Virus record (IMG/VR): IMGVR_UViG_3300043777_000336
Length of the DNA stretch: 64,000 nucleotides
Strand: one strand, 5' to 3'
Origin: an uncultured virus (IMG/VR IMGVR_UViG_3300043777_000336)
Lineage: Duplodnaviria > Heunggongvirae > Uroviricota > Caudoviricetes
The first letter of the stretch is position 1. The number at the start of each line of letters is the position of its first letter. A program made the position numbers and the translations under genes. This document shows positions 40,591 through 49,022 of this stretch, one piece after another. Under the pieces are notes generated by a model. The model saw nothing but the letters and a program-made list of their open reading frames with translations. It was not told the origin of the DNA and did not search any database.

Positions 40591-42261
40591 ATGACTCGTT
40601 ACTCGCAGCACGTCAGCGCGCTCGCTACGCCGCAGAGCGAGCAGGCCCGCCCGGAGCAAGTGAAGAACAACGCGGGCGGCTACACGTTCGCCCTCGACAA
40701 GTGGAAGCGGCTGGACCGTTTTCTCGTGCTCGGCTCCGAGGGCGGGACCTACTACGTCGGCGAGCGCGAGCTCACACGTGACAACGCCAAGTGCATCGAC
40801 GAGTGCATCGCCGAGGACGGTCTCCGTACCGTCAAGCGCATCGTCGAGATTAGCGATGCCGGCCGCGCTCCCAAGAACGACCCGGCCATTTTCGCGCTCG
40901 CCATGTGTGCAGGTGCCAAGGACTCAGCAACCCGAGTCGCCGCGCTCGCGGCGCTGCCGAAGGTTTGCCGTATCGGCACGCACCTCTTTCACTTCGCGCA
41001 GGACGTCGAGGGCTTCCGGCGTTGGGGCCGTTCTCTGCGGCGTGCTGTCGGCGCCTGGTACACGGACCGCAAGGTCGAGTCGCTCGCGCTTCAGGCGATC
41101 AAGTACCAGCAGCGCGACGGTTGGTCGCATCGTGATCTGCTGCGTCTCTCCCACCCGAAGGCGCCGACGCCAGAGCACGACGTCGTGCTGCGCTGGATCA
41201 CGGCTCAGGGCGATGTCACCAAGGAGACCAAGCGCGGCAAGGCGCTCGATCCGGACAAGCTCCCGAGCCTCATCCAGGCTTTCGTCGAGATCATGCGTCC
41301 GGGCGTCGATCCTCAGCGCGCCATCCAGCTCATCGCTGCGCACAAACTCCCGCACGAGTGCGTGCCCAACGAGCTCAAGGGCAACCCGAAAACCTGGGAA
41401 GCACTCCTCGACGGCATGGGCATCACGGCGGTCATCCGTAACCTCGCCAAGATGACGGCTGTGGGTCTGCTCAAGCCGATGTCTCAGGCCACGCAGCGCG
41501 TCGCTGCGCTGCTCACCGACACGCCCAAGCTCTTCGCCGGACGCGTTCACCCGCTCACCGTTCTCTTCGCGCTCAAGACCTACGAGAGCGGTCACGGCCT
41601 CAAGGGCTCGCTCTCGTGGGAGCCGGTCCGCGAGATCGTCGATGCCCTCGACGAGGCGTTCTACCTGTCGTTTCAGGCCATCGAGCCCACCGGCAAGCGG
41701 TTCTTGCTCGGACTCGACGTCAGCGGCTCGATGGTCGGCAACATGATCTCGGGCACGTCGCTCGACGCACGCCAGGCGTCCGCTGCCATGGCGATGGTCA
41801 CCGCGCGCAGCGAGAAGAACTGGCATGCGGTTGGGTTTGCCGCTGGAGCTCACGGCTACGGTGGCATGCACGGCGGCTCGCCGAGCAAGATGGTACCGGT
41901 CTCGATCTCGCCCAGGCAGCGTCTCGACGACGTCGTTCGCGCAATGGAAAAGATCCCCATGGGCGGCACCGACTGCGCGCTTCCCATGATCTACGCGCTC
42001 GAGCAAAAGCTCGAAGTCGACGCGTTCGTGATCTACACGGACTCGGAGACGTGGGCGGGCAACATCCATCCGTTCCAGGCGCTCCAACGCTACCGCCAGG
42101 CGATCGGAATCCCGGCCAAGCTCATCGTCGTCGGTATGACGGCAACCGAGTTCACTATCGCCGATCCGAACGACAATGGGATGTTGGACGTTGCCGGGTT
42201 CGACGCTGCGGTCCCCGGCATCATGGCGGACTTTGTCGCATCGCGGGAGGTGGTGTCGTAA
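40591..42261 (+). CDS. rsr: Ro60/TROVE-domain RNA-binding protein
   Basis: NNAGG, RFLVLGSEGGTYY, WGRSLRRAV, KYQQRDGWSHRDLLRLSHP, vWA DVSGSM, GGTDCALP, YTDSET. Confidence 0.95.
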   Translation: MTRYSQHVSALATPQSEQARPEQVKNNAGGYTFALDKWKRLDRFLVLGSEGGTYYVGERELTRDNAKCIDECIAEDGLRTVKRIVEISDAGRAPKNDPAIFALAMCAGAKDSATRVAALAALPKVCRIGTHLFHFAQDVEGFRRWGRSLRRAVGAWYTDRKVESLALQAIKYQQRDGWSHRDLLRLSHPKAPTPEHDVVLRWITAQGDVTKETKRGKALDPDKLPSLIQAFVEIMRPGVDPQRAIQLIAAHKLPHECVPNELKGNPKTWEALLDGMGITAVIRNLAKMTAVGLLKPMSQATQRVAALLTDTPKLFAGRVHPLTVLFALKTYESGHGLKGSLSWEPVREIVDALDEAFYLSFQAIEPTGKRFLLGLDVSGSMVGNMISGTSLDARQASAAMAMVTARSEKNWHAVGFAAGAHGYGGMHGGSPSKMVPVSISPRQRLDDVVRAMEKIPMGGTDCALPMIYALEQKLEVDAFVIYTDSETWAGNIHPFQALQRYRQAIGIPAKLIVVGMTATEFTIADPNDNGMLDVAGFDAAVPGIMADFVASREVVS

Positions 42262-42270
42262 ACAGGTACA

Positions 42271-42345
42271 GGTTCGGGCCGTTGAGACTGGGTTATCTAC
42301 CTAAGATTGACACTCCAGTTTCGCTTCTTTGTCCGAGCTATTTTT
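42271..42345 (+). ncRNA. Y-RNA-like RNA 1 (short)
   Basis: GGUUCGGGC/GUCCGAGCU terminal stem, CGUUG, AGACUGG/CCAGUUU stem, GUUAUC, U-run; directly after Ro60. Confidence 0.75.
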
Positions 42346-42349
42346 CTTC

Positions 42350-42476
42350 GGAGGTGGTCATTGCGGTACCCGAGACATCTCTAACCGGGTGTCTCGGTCT
42401 AGGAAATCTCGCGTCGCCGGAAACTGCAATGAGGTGACTCCTTGCGCCGGCCAAGGCTCTGAAGGAGCCGGTGTTG
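42350..42476 (+). ncRNA. Unidentified structured RNA between Y-like units
   Basis: UCAUUGCGGU/ACUGCAAUGA, CCGAGACAUCU/GGGUGUCUCGG, GCGCCGGC/GCCGGUGU stems. Confidence 0.45.
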
Positions 42477-42542
42477 TATTCGGGCCGTTGGGTTCGGTTA
42501 TCGGCTAAATTTCCGAGCCCGCTTCTTTGTCCGGACGTTTTT
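42477..42542 (+). ncRNA. Y-RNA-like RNA 2 (short)
   Basis: UUCGGGC CGUUG GGUUCGG UUAUC...CCGAGCC CGCUUCUUU GUCCGGA; same fold as unit 1 with compensatory changes. Confidence 0.75.
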
Positions 42543-42549
42543 CAGGCGT

Positions 42550-42691
42550 CGGTTCGGGTCGTTGGAATTGGGTTACCCTACGGAGGTCGAGGTCGTTGGT
42601 TCAAATCCAACACGTATGCCGCAAGGCCCGCGTTAGCTCAGTCTGGTAGAGCGCGAAAACCCCAGTCCCGTTTTTATCCGAACCGCTTTTT
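42550..42691 (+). ncRNA. yrlA: YrlA-type Y RNA with circularly permuted tRNA-like domain
   Basis: CGGUUCGGGU/AUCCGAACCG stem; T-arm GUUGG-UUCAAAU-CCAAC (42595-42611) precedes a GCAA-capped acceptor-like stem and D-arm GCUC-AGUCUGGUA-GAGC (42636-42652). Confidence 0.85.
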
Positions 42692-42706
42692 AGAAACGTT
42701 CGTGAA

Positions 42707-42907
42707 GTGAAGAAACCAAACGACAAATCCAATACGGGCCGATCCGACATTGATAGGTCCGACATCCTCCGACTCGCTGCCGAGTCGGGGATTGACCCAC
42801 GCACCGTAAAGCGCGCGATCGATCACGGCGTCGACTCGCTTCGAGCCGAGGTCGACCGACAGAGACTTCGCGACGCCGCCGCGAAGCTCGAGCTGAACAT
42901 CGGATGA
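42707..42907 (+). CDS. Small HTH protein, paralog of 57124..57294
   Basis: DILRLAAESGIDPRTVKRAIDHGVDSLRAEVDRQRLRDAA. Confidence 0.75.
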   Translation: MKKPNDKSNTGRSDIDRSDILRLAAESGIDPRTVKRAIDHGVDSLRAEVDRQRLRDAAAKLELNIG

Positions 42908-42928
42908 AGACGCGCTATCCTTGAGGGC

Positions 42929-43294
42929 ATGAACCTCAACCAGCTCATCGCCGACATCACCGCCCGAAAGTGGATCCTCGTCGCCGCCATTCTCGTCGGC
43001 GCCGTCGTTGCCCTCATGAAGCAGGGCTGGGCCTCTGCCTGGCTCGCCAAAAAGCTTCCACCGGCCGCGCTCCCCTACCTCGCTGTCGTACTCGGCGCGC
43101 TCGGCATGAGCGCAGCAGAAGTCGCCGCGGGAAAGCCTCTCGGTCAGGCCATCATCGACGGCATCCAGTCCGGTATCTTGGCCGTCTTCGGTCACGAGAC
43201 GCTCATCGAGGGCTTGCGCGGTGGGAAGGAGCTGGTACCTTCGCGGGCTCCAGCGGCTCCTCCGGCGCCGCCACCTGCCAAAGAGGCCGCATGA
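42929..43294 (+). CDS. Multi-TM holin-like membrane protein
   Basis: Three hydrophobic segments, charged C-terminus; TATCCT 7 nt before ATG. Confidence 0.55.
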   Translation: MNLNQLIADITARKWILVAAILVGAVVALMKQGWASAWLAKKLPPAALPYLAVVLGALGMSAAEVAAGKPLGQAIIDGIQSGILAVFGHETLIEGLRGGKELVPSRAPAAPPAPPPAKEAA

Positions 43295-43749
43295 CCCGCG
43301 CTCGCAAGACCCTTCTCGCCGTCGTCCTCCCACTCCTTGCCGCTGCGGTGCCCGTCGGAGGCGTCGCGGTCACGGCCGCAGTAGAGGAGGGGTGCAACGC
43401 TCTCCCCCCGACCAGTCCGATCACGGGCACGCTCCCTCCGCTGGGAATCTGCGTGGCTCAGGCCGCGATCGGCGACATCGTCGAGGCGATCTCGGATCCG
43501 GCAAGCCTCATCGGCGCGATCATCGCCGCCTGCTCGCAGTACGGTACGGCCACGGTCGAGCAGATCATCATGTGGATCGAGCAGGCTATCGCGAACCAAC
43601 CTGCCCTCGACGGCGGTAACGTCGCGCTCAACAAGGCCCGCCTGAACAAGGTCCGCTCCGCTGCCATCGCGATACAGCACGTCATCGTACCTGCCGCGAT
43701 TCCGCCGAGCGCCTCGGTCTCGACGCCCGCGCCAGCAGCTCATCCGTGA
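43291..43749 (+). CDS. Signal/TM-bearing Cys-containing envelope protein
   Basis: MTRARKTLLAVVLPLLAAAV...; coupled to the holin-like gene. Confidence 0.55.
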   Translation: MTRARKTLLAVVLPLLAAAVPVGGVAVTAAVEEGCNALPPTSPITGTLPPLGICVAQAAIGDIVEAISDPASLIGAIIAACSQYGTATVEQIIMWIEQAIANQPALDGGNVALNKARLNKVRSAAIAIQHVIVPAAIPPSASVSTPAPAAHP

Positions 43750-44027
43750 GCCCGGACGACACCCTCCCTTGCCCGGCATCGGTTCCACCGCCGGGTGAGG
43801 ACGCGGATGCTCGCGAAGAACGCGCGAAGGCAACCTACGCAGCATACTGCAACATGCGTTCGTTCCTCAAAGGACCGGCCCACATCCTTCGACCTTGGGA
43901 TGGGCTTCCCCCTGATGAGCGCGAGGCGTGGCGCGAGGCGGCTGACGTCGCCTACAACCACGTGATAGTGTCCTCATATGAACCACCACTACCACCGAGT
44001 TCACCCCCGTCTCCGCGGCGTCCGTAG
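43746..44027 (+). CDS. Hypothetical protein
   Basis: RAKATYAAY...PWDGLPPDEREAWREAA. Confidence 0.5.
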   Translation: MSPDDTLPCPASVPPPGEDADAREERAKATYAAYCNMRSFLKGPAHILRPWDGLPPDEREAWREAADVAYNHVIVSSYEPPLPPSSPPSPRRP

Positions 44028-45291
44028 CCTCGCCGCCTCGCCGAGCTTTCCCGCCGGCTCGCTCTCGCCCGCGCAGATCCTCACTGCGTACGGCTTCAAG
44101 CAAAACCAGTTCGCCGGAATCCAGAGCGTCAAGCTCGGCATCGGCAGTCTCGGCGGCGGCGTCGTACAGGCCGACATCGACAACTCGGTCGCGCGCTGGG
44201 GTATGGCTGCACCGAAGCTGACGGTGCGGACTGTCGACGGCGCGGTCAACGACCCGTCGTCCGATCAAGACTCGAACGTCGAGAACATGCTCGACATCGT
44301 GCCGACCATGGCATTTTGCTGGTGGTGGCTCACCGGAGCGCCTGCCGACATCACGATCTGCTTCGGCCCCAACGTCGGCGCAGGCATGGCGCTGGTAACC
44401 GAAGACCTCGTCGCGGCTGGCGTGGAAGTCATGAGCTGGTCGTGGGGCTCGGCAGCAGACCAGTGGGCCGCTTCCGATCGAGCCGCTCTCTCCAAAGCAT
44501 TTGCGGACGGAGTCGCCAAGGGCGTCACGTTCTTCGCGGCAGCCGGCGACAACTCGATCGACGACGGCGACTCCGCTCCATCGGCGGACTACCCGTGCTC
44601 CGATCCGAACGTCTGGGCCGTCGGTGGTACTCATCTCGTCATCGACGCGAGCGGAGCTCGATCGGACGAATCAGCCTGGGGAGACGGAAACCCGGGCGAC
44701 GAAGGCGGCGGCGGCGGATTCGATCCAACCGTACCTCAGCCATCCTTCCAGAACGGTATCGTACCCGGTACGAGTCGCGGCGTTCCAGATACTTCGGCAG
44801 ATGCCGATCCGAATTCCGGTTGGCAAATGTCCGCAAACGGCTCGTGGACCGTCATCGGCGGTACGAGCGCATCGTCACCGTTCACTGCTGCGTTATGCGC
44901 AATCGCTCGAGGCGTCGCGAAGGGCGCCATCAACGGTCGGCTCGTGGCGGACATCTACTCCGCTCGAACGACGGCGTGCAACGATATCACCAAGGGCTCA
45001 AACGGTGATCCGGCAACGGTTGGCTGGGATCCCGCGACCGGCCTCGGCTCACCAAACGGTCCGGCGTTCATCAGCGCTCTCTCGTCCGTGCCCATCACCG
45101 GACCCGCTCCCACTCCACCAATTCCTCCGCCCGTTCTACCTCCGCCTCCTACTCCTGCACCGACCGCAACACTGGGTCAGGCAGAGCAGTGGGCTATGCT
45201 CGGTTTACGAAATCACTGGGCCCCTCCAGCCACGCTCGCGCAAGCTCAGGAGTGGGCAAGCTTGGGATTGAAAAATCACTGGCCGAAATAA
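43978..45291 (+). CDS. S53 (sedolisin/kumamolisin) serine-carboxyl peptidase without recognisable propeptide
   Basis: ENMLD, SWSWG, AAAGDN, RGVPD, GGTSASSP, GWDPATGLGSP; duplicated C-terminal ATLxQAxxWAxLGLxNHW. Confidence 0.9.
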   Translation: MNHHYHRVHPRLRGVRSLAASPSFPAGSLSPAQILTAYGFKQNQFAGIQSVKLGIGSLGGGVVQADIDNSVARWGMAAPKLTVRTVDGAVNDPSSDQDSNVENMLDIVPTMAFCWWWLTGAPADITICFGPNVGAGMALVTEDLVAAGVEVMSWSWGSAADQWAASDRAALSKAFADGVAKGVTFFAAAGDNSIDDGDSAPSADYPCSDPNVWAVGGTHLVIDASGARSDESAWGDGNPGDEGGGGGFDPTVPQPSFQNGIVPGTSRGVPDTSADADPNSGWQMSANGSWTVIGGTSASSPFTAALCAIARGVAKGAINGRLVADIYSARTTACNDITKGSNGDPATVGWDPATGLGSPNGPAFISALSSVPITGPAPTPPIPPPVLPPPPTPAPTATLGQAEQWAMLGLRNHWAPPATLAQAQEWASLGLKNHWPK

Positions 45292-45295
45292 CCGG

Positions 45296-45360
45296 CCTCA
45301 CCTCACACCACATTGCCACGCCGCACCGCGACCTACCGTGCAGCCCGTACCGCGCCTGCC
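45296..45360. repeat. Degenerate 5-nt-period repeat tract
   Basis: cctca cctca cacca cattg ccacg ccgca ccgcg accta ccgtg cagcc cgtac cgcgc ctgcc. Confidence 0.55.
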
Positions 45361-45961
45361 AAGCACCAGCTCAGAAACATCGAGCTTGTCCGCGAGCTGG
45401 CGGCTCGCAATGCAAACCGTATCAACTGCAACAAGTGACGTCAAATGAGTATCGCCGAAGCGAACGCAGAAAATGTGTGCTTCTACTGCCGGCAGGGCCT
45501 CGGTAAAGAAGTCTCTGCTACGGCAACCGTCCACGATAGGCGTGGCTGCGTTCGCGTCTGCGCCGATCACGAGAGATGGCGCAAGACTACGTCTTTCATG
45601 ACTGGACATTCGAGGTGTCCTGACGGACCGCAGGCGTAGTCGTGTATCAAGGCTGGCTCACGAACAATCTTACGAACACCTCATACGGAGGCAATCATTG
45701 GCCTTCGGTCACGCTCAATTACTACCCTCTCGAAACAACTGTCGCACCGGGATGTACGCTCGGACCGGCCCCAACGCCACACTGGGGTCCGAAAGCAAAG
45801 CCGCCCGGACCTCCTCCCGTTCTCGTCGCGCTCGCGTCACGCCCGAGACTCCCGCGTAAGCTCCTTTCGTTCGAAGTCTTTGCGAGGCCTTTGCGCGCCC
45901 GGCTCGCCGCTCGACGTAGACGCCGGCCGCTACGAAGCCGACCGGGAGGGCGCAGGCGCTC

Positions 45962-47041
45962 ATGACCGTTGCGCTCTCTATGATCGTGAAGAACGAAGCG
46001 CAGGTCATTGCGCGCTGTCTCGCGTCAGTGAAGCCGTTCATCGACACGTGGGTCATCGTCGACACAGGCTCGACCGACAGTACGCAAGCTCTTATCAGCT
46101 TATGCATGCAAGCCATCCCAGGCGAACTCCATGAGCGACCATGGAGAGACTTTGCGAGCAACCGCAACGAGGCCATCGAGTTTGCGCGGAGCAAAGCCGA
46201 CTATCTCCTCGTGATGGATGCAGACGACGTACTCGTTATCCCGCCGGACTTCGTCATGCCGCCCCTTACAGCGGACTCCTACAAGCTTCGTATCGAGAAC
46301 GCCGGCACAACGTACTGGCGGACGCAGCTCTTTCGCTCGGACTCGGACTTTCACTACGAAGGCGTGCTGCACGAAATACTTCTAGGCGGCAAAACCGAAT
46401 CGCGCCTGGAGGGGCTCACCTACCTCTGTTCACGTGAGGGCGCACGCTCGACAGACCCGAAGAAGTTCGAGAAGGATGCCGCCGTACTCGAAACCGTCCT
46501 CGCTAGCGAGCCACCCGCGCACCTGCGTGCTCGGTACACGTTCTACCTCGCTCAGAGTTGGCGCGACGCGCATCAGCCCGACAAGGCTCTCGCTATGTAC
46601 GAGAAGCGCGCAGCCATGGACGACGGATTCGAAGAGGAAGCCTGGCACTCGCTACTCGAGGTAGCCAAACTAAGTGCGCGACTTGGACGCGGAAACGCTG
46701 CCGTCATCGATGCCTACCTGCGCGCGTACGAGCGTCGGCCGTCTCGCGCCGAGTCGCTCTGCTATCTCGCGGTGTACCTGCGTGAGCACGAACGCATCGC
46801 GGCAGGCTACCCGTTCGCCCGCATCGCAAACGAAACGCCTCGGCCCGACGACATTTTGTTCATCGACGACGCGGTCTACGCATGGCGTGCAAAGGACGAG
46901 TGCGCGGTGGCCGCCTACTGGACGGGTCGCTTCGAAGAGTCGTTCGCGCTGAATGCAGAGCTTCTCGAAGAGGGAGCTCTACCCGAAAACGAGAAGGAAC
47001 GCGTGCAGCACAATCTCGACTTCTGCCGAGAGCGGGTCTAG
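45962..47041 (+). CDS. GT2 glycosyltransferase with TPR C-terminus
   Basis: MIVKNEAQVIARCL, DTGSTD, NRNEA, MDADD (DxD), YEGVLHE, FYLAQS. Confidence 0.9.
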   Translation: MTVALSMIVKNEAQVIARCLASVKPFIDTWVIVDTGSTDSTQALISLCMQAIPGELHERPWRDFASNRNEAIEFARSKADYLLVMDADDVLVIPPDFVMPPLTADSYKLRIENAGTTYWRTQLFRSDSDFHYEGVLHEILLGGKTESRLEGLTYLCSREGARSTDPKKFEKDAAVLETVLASEPPAHLRARYTFYLAQSWRDAHQPDKALAMYEKRAAMDDGFEEEAWHSLLEVAKLSARLGRGNAAVIDAYLRAYERRPSRAESLCYLAVYLREHERIAAGYPFARIANETPRPDDILFIDDAVYAWRAKDECAVAAYWTGRFEESFALNAELLEEGALPENEKERVQHNLDFCRERV

Positions 47042-47051
47042 TCTTTTGCTC

Positions 47052-47315
47052 ATGCGAAACTACCGAGGCAACCCCATCTCGACCGGTCAGAAGGTCGCCA
47101 TCGCCGCAGTAGGCGTCGTCGCGGTCTCGCTCATCGGCTACCTCGTCTACGAGTCGACCGCCTCCGCGAGCACGTCAAGCACGGGAACAGGAGCCACAGG
47201 AGCGACCGGCGCGACCGGGAGTGCCGTCGGACTCACTGGAGCAACCGGGATGGGACGACTCCAAAGAGCTCCCGGTCCGGTAGGTTCGTCGGCGCCGGTT
47301 GGCGTTGGCGGCTGA
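47052..47315 (+). CDS. NP-leader TM protein with GAT repeats
   Basis: MRNYRGNP-ISTGQK-TM ending GYLVY; TGATGATGATG. Confidence 0.8.
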   Translation: MRNYRGNPISTGQKVAIAAVGVVAVSLIGYLVYESTASASTSSTGTGATGATGATGSAVGLTGATGMGRLQRAPGPVGSSAPVGVGG

Positions 47316-47386
47316 CGCGCAGCTCAAGCGCTGGGGCCTGGCGCTCAGTCCGAGGTCATGGGATCCTCTCCGCAGGGAGAGAAACC

Positions 47387-47545
47387 ATGAACATCTATTT
47401 GGCGCCGCTGGTTCTCGTCATCGCGATACTTCTCATGCTCTTCGGCAACGCGAAGGCGCAGCAGTTCACTCCGGCCATGTACTGGCTCGGCTGGGCATTC
47501 ACGCTCTACGAGTTCAGCTCGAAGGTCGCGCTGTCAATTCACTAG
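47387..47545 (+). CDS. Small 2-TM protein
   Basis: MNIYLAPLVLVIAILLMLFG...; GGGAG RBS. Confidence 0.55.
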   Translation: MNIYLAPLVLVIAILLMLFGNAKAQQFTPAMYWLGWAFTLYEFSSKVALSIH

Positions 47546-48120
47546 AACGTGATCGTTCCTGGGCTCGAGCTCACCACTATCTCGGGCGGCGCGACGAACG
47601 GGTGCGCCTTGATCCAATCGGCAGCCATCCCCGAGCGCCGATCGGCTTGCTCTTCGTGCTCGACGCAGTGGCCAACGGTATATCCGCTGAGATCGTGGCA
47701 GGTCTTGTACGACGCGCGGATGTGCCGCAGACCGGCACGCAGGCAGCTCGGGCGGTCGGTGACGACTTCCCCGGGCCAGAGATGGAGTTGAAGCAAACAT
47801 TTCGCATGTCCGTTGTCCCCGAGCTTGACCAGCATGTCGACGTCCTCGCGGTATCCGCCGCTCTCGAATCTGGCGACGCTCGCAAGGAGCACAGCAGTCT
47901 TCACGCGCCCGTCGAGCTCTCTAGTTTGCTTCTCGACCGTGGCACTCCGGAAGACGGGAGGCTCGTCGGGGTCGAGCGATACGTCGGCGATGTCGGCTGC
48001 GATGTCGCTGTAGCGAGCCAGCGTGTACTCGTCGCTGACACCCAAGAAACGGTGGTTTGCGACAGGGTAGTGAGCGGTCATGAAGGCGAGGATGTAGGCT
48101 TTCAGGGCTAGATTCAGCAT
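47542..48120 (-). CDS. Lysozyme-fold/lytic transglycosylase-like protein
   Basis: LLASVARFESGG...GDNGHAKCLLQLH. Confidence 0.6.
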   Translation of the reverse strand: MLNLALKAYILAFMTAHYPVANHRFLGVSDEYTLARYSDIAADIADVSLDPDEPPVFRSATVEKQTRELDGRVKTAVLLASVARFESGGYREDVDMLVKLGDNGHAKCLLQLHLWPGEVVTDRPSCLRAGLRHIRASYKTCHDLSGYTVGHCVEHEEQADRRSGMAADWIKAHPFVAPPEIVVSSSPGTITF

Positions 48121-48194
48121 TCGGCGACCCTCGCGCGAACCGGAGCCAAGGTCAATCTCGACGCGTCGGAGATGGTAGGATACTCTGGCTGCTC

Positions 48195-49013
48195 ATGGCG
48201 AAGAGCTCTGTCAAGGCCACTGCAATACGTCGCGCCCGGAAGTTCGAGGACGTCGCCCGGTACTACTACGATCACGGCGACTTGGCCCAGGGCGACCAAT
48301 ACCAGGCTCGAGCCAATCAGTATTGGCGGGACGGCGGAAAGCCTCAGATGATCAAGGCTCTCCAAGGCAGCTCGGCGGCGAACCCCGTCCAGTACGACTA
48401 CTCCGAACGGACCGGACGCTACGAACGCGTAAGTCCGCCCGTCCCTCCGGTGGGTCGAATCGACTTTCACCGCATACCACTCAATCAGGGCGGCTACGAC
48501 CGACGCGGCGAATACTTCGGTCAGGGTGCTCCTCTCTACGAATGGTACGACGAGGAGTCTCAAAGAAGTTACTTCACCCGAGCGAGCTCTCGCGCCCAAG
48601 CCAAAACGTACTTCGAAAATGTACGCCGACATCTTGTCGAATACGGCGGCCACGGATGGTGGGGACAGAAGAACCCAGGAAAAGGAAATCCCATGCGAAC
48701 CTATCAAGGCAATCCCATCTCTGACGGTCAGAAGATCGCCATTGGCGCGGCAGCCGTCGCGGTACTCGGACTCGTCGGCTACTTCATCTACCAGCAGACG
48801 TCGTCCTCATCCTCGCAGGCCGCCGCGGGCAGTGGAGGAGGCACCATTTCGAGCGGCCAGCAGCCCTACCAGCTCGGTACGTCGACATCGACGAGTATGC
48901 CGGCCGCAAGCGCTCAGGGAACCATCGACTACTCGACCTCGACAGCGTACGCGCCGGGCTACTCAGCCGCGAACCCACCTCCTCCCGCAGCGGTCAACCT
49001 CGGCGACGTCTGA
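48195..49013 (+). CDS. Polyprotein-like NP-TM protein with two cargo domains
   Basis: SAANP, QKNP, KGNP, QGNP; cargo 2 contains LNQGGYDRRGEYFGQGAPLY; TM ending GYFIY. Confidence 0.8.
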   Translation: MAKSSVKATAIRRARKFEDVARYYYDHGDLAQGDQYQARANQYWRDGGKPQMIKALQGSSAANPVQYDYSERTGRYERVSPPVPPVGRIDFHRIPLNQGGYDRRGEYFGQGAPLYEWYDEESQRSYFTRASSRAQAKTYFENVRRHLVEYGGHGWWGQKNPGKGNPMRTYQGNPISDGQKIAIGAAAVAVLGLVGYFIYQQTSSSSSQAAAGSGGGTISSGQQPYQLGTSTSTSMPAASAQGTIDYSTSTAYAPGYSAANPPPPAAVNLGDV

Positions 49014-49022
49014 GGTCACGAC

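Noticed and set aside
21281..42087. Long antisense ORFs (21281-22963, 28883-30049, 33326-34360, 40924-42087)
   Set aside because: Shadow frames of high-GC genes with clear motifs on the opposite strand.
42358..42432. Type III hammerhead ribozyme (GUA, hairpin, GAAAC and closing stem are in the right order)
   Set aside because: The CUGANGA core is absent (CUAGGA) and stem II cannot form; kept only as an unidentified structured RNA.
42595..42652. Canonical tRNA gene
   Set aside because: T-arm precedes D-arm, the acceptor-like stem is closed by a GCAA loop, and there is no anticodon arm or CCA; it fits YrlA instead.
42271..42691. CRISPR array
   Set aside because: The repeats are self-complementary ends of structured units with irregular spacing; no cas genes are present.
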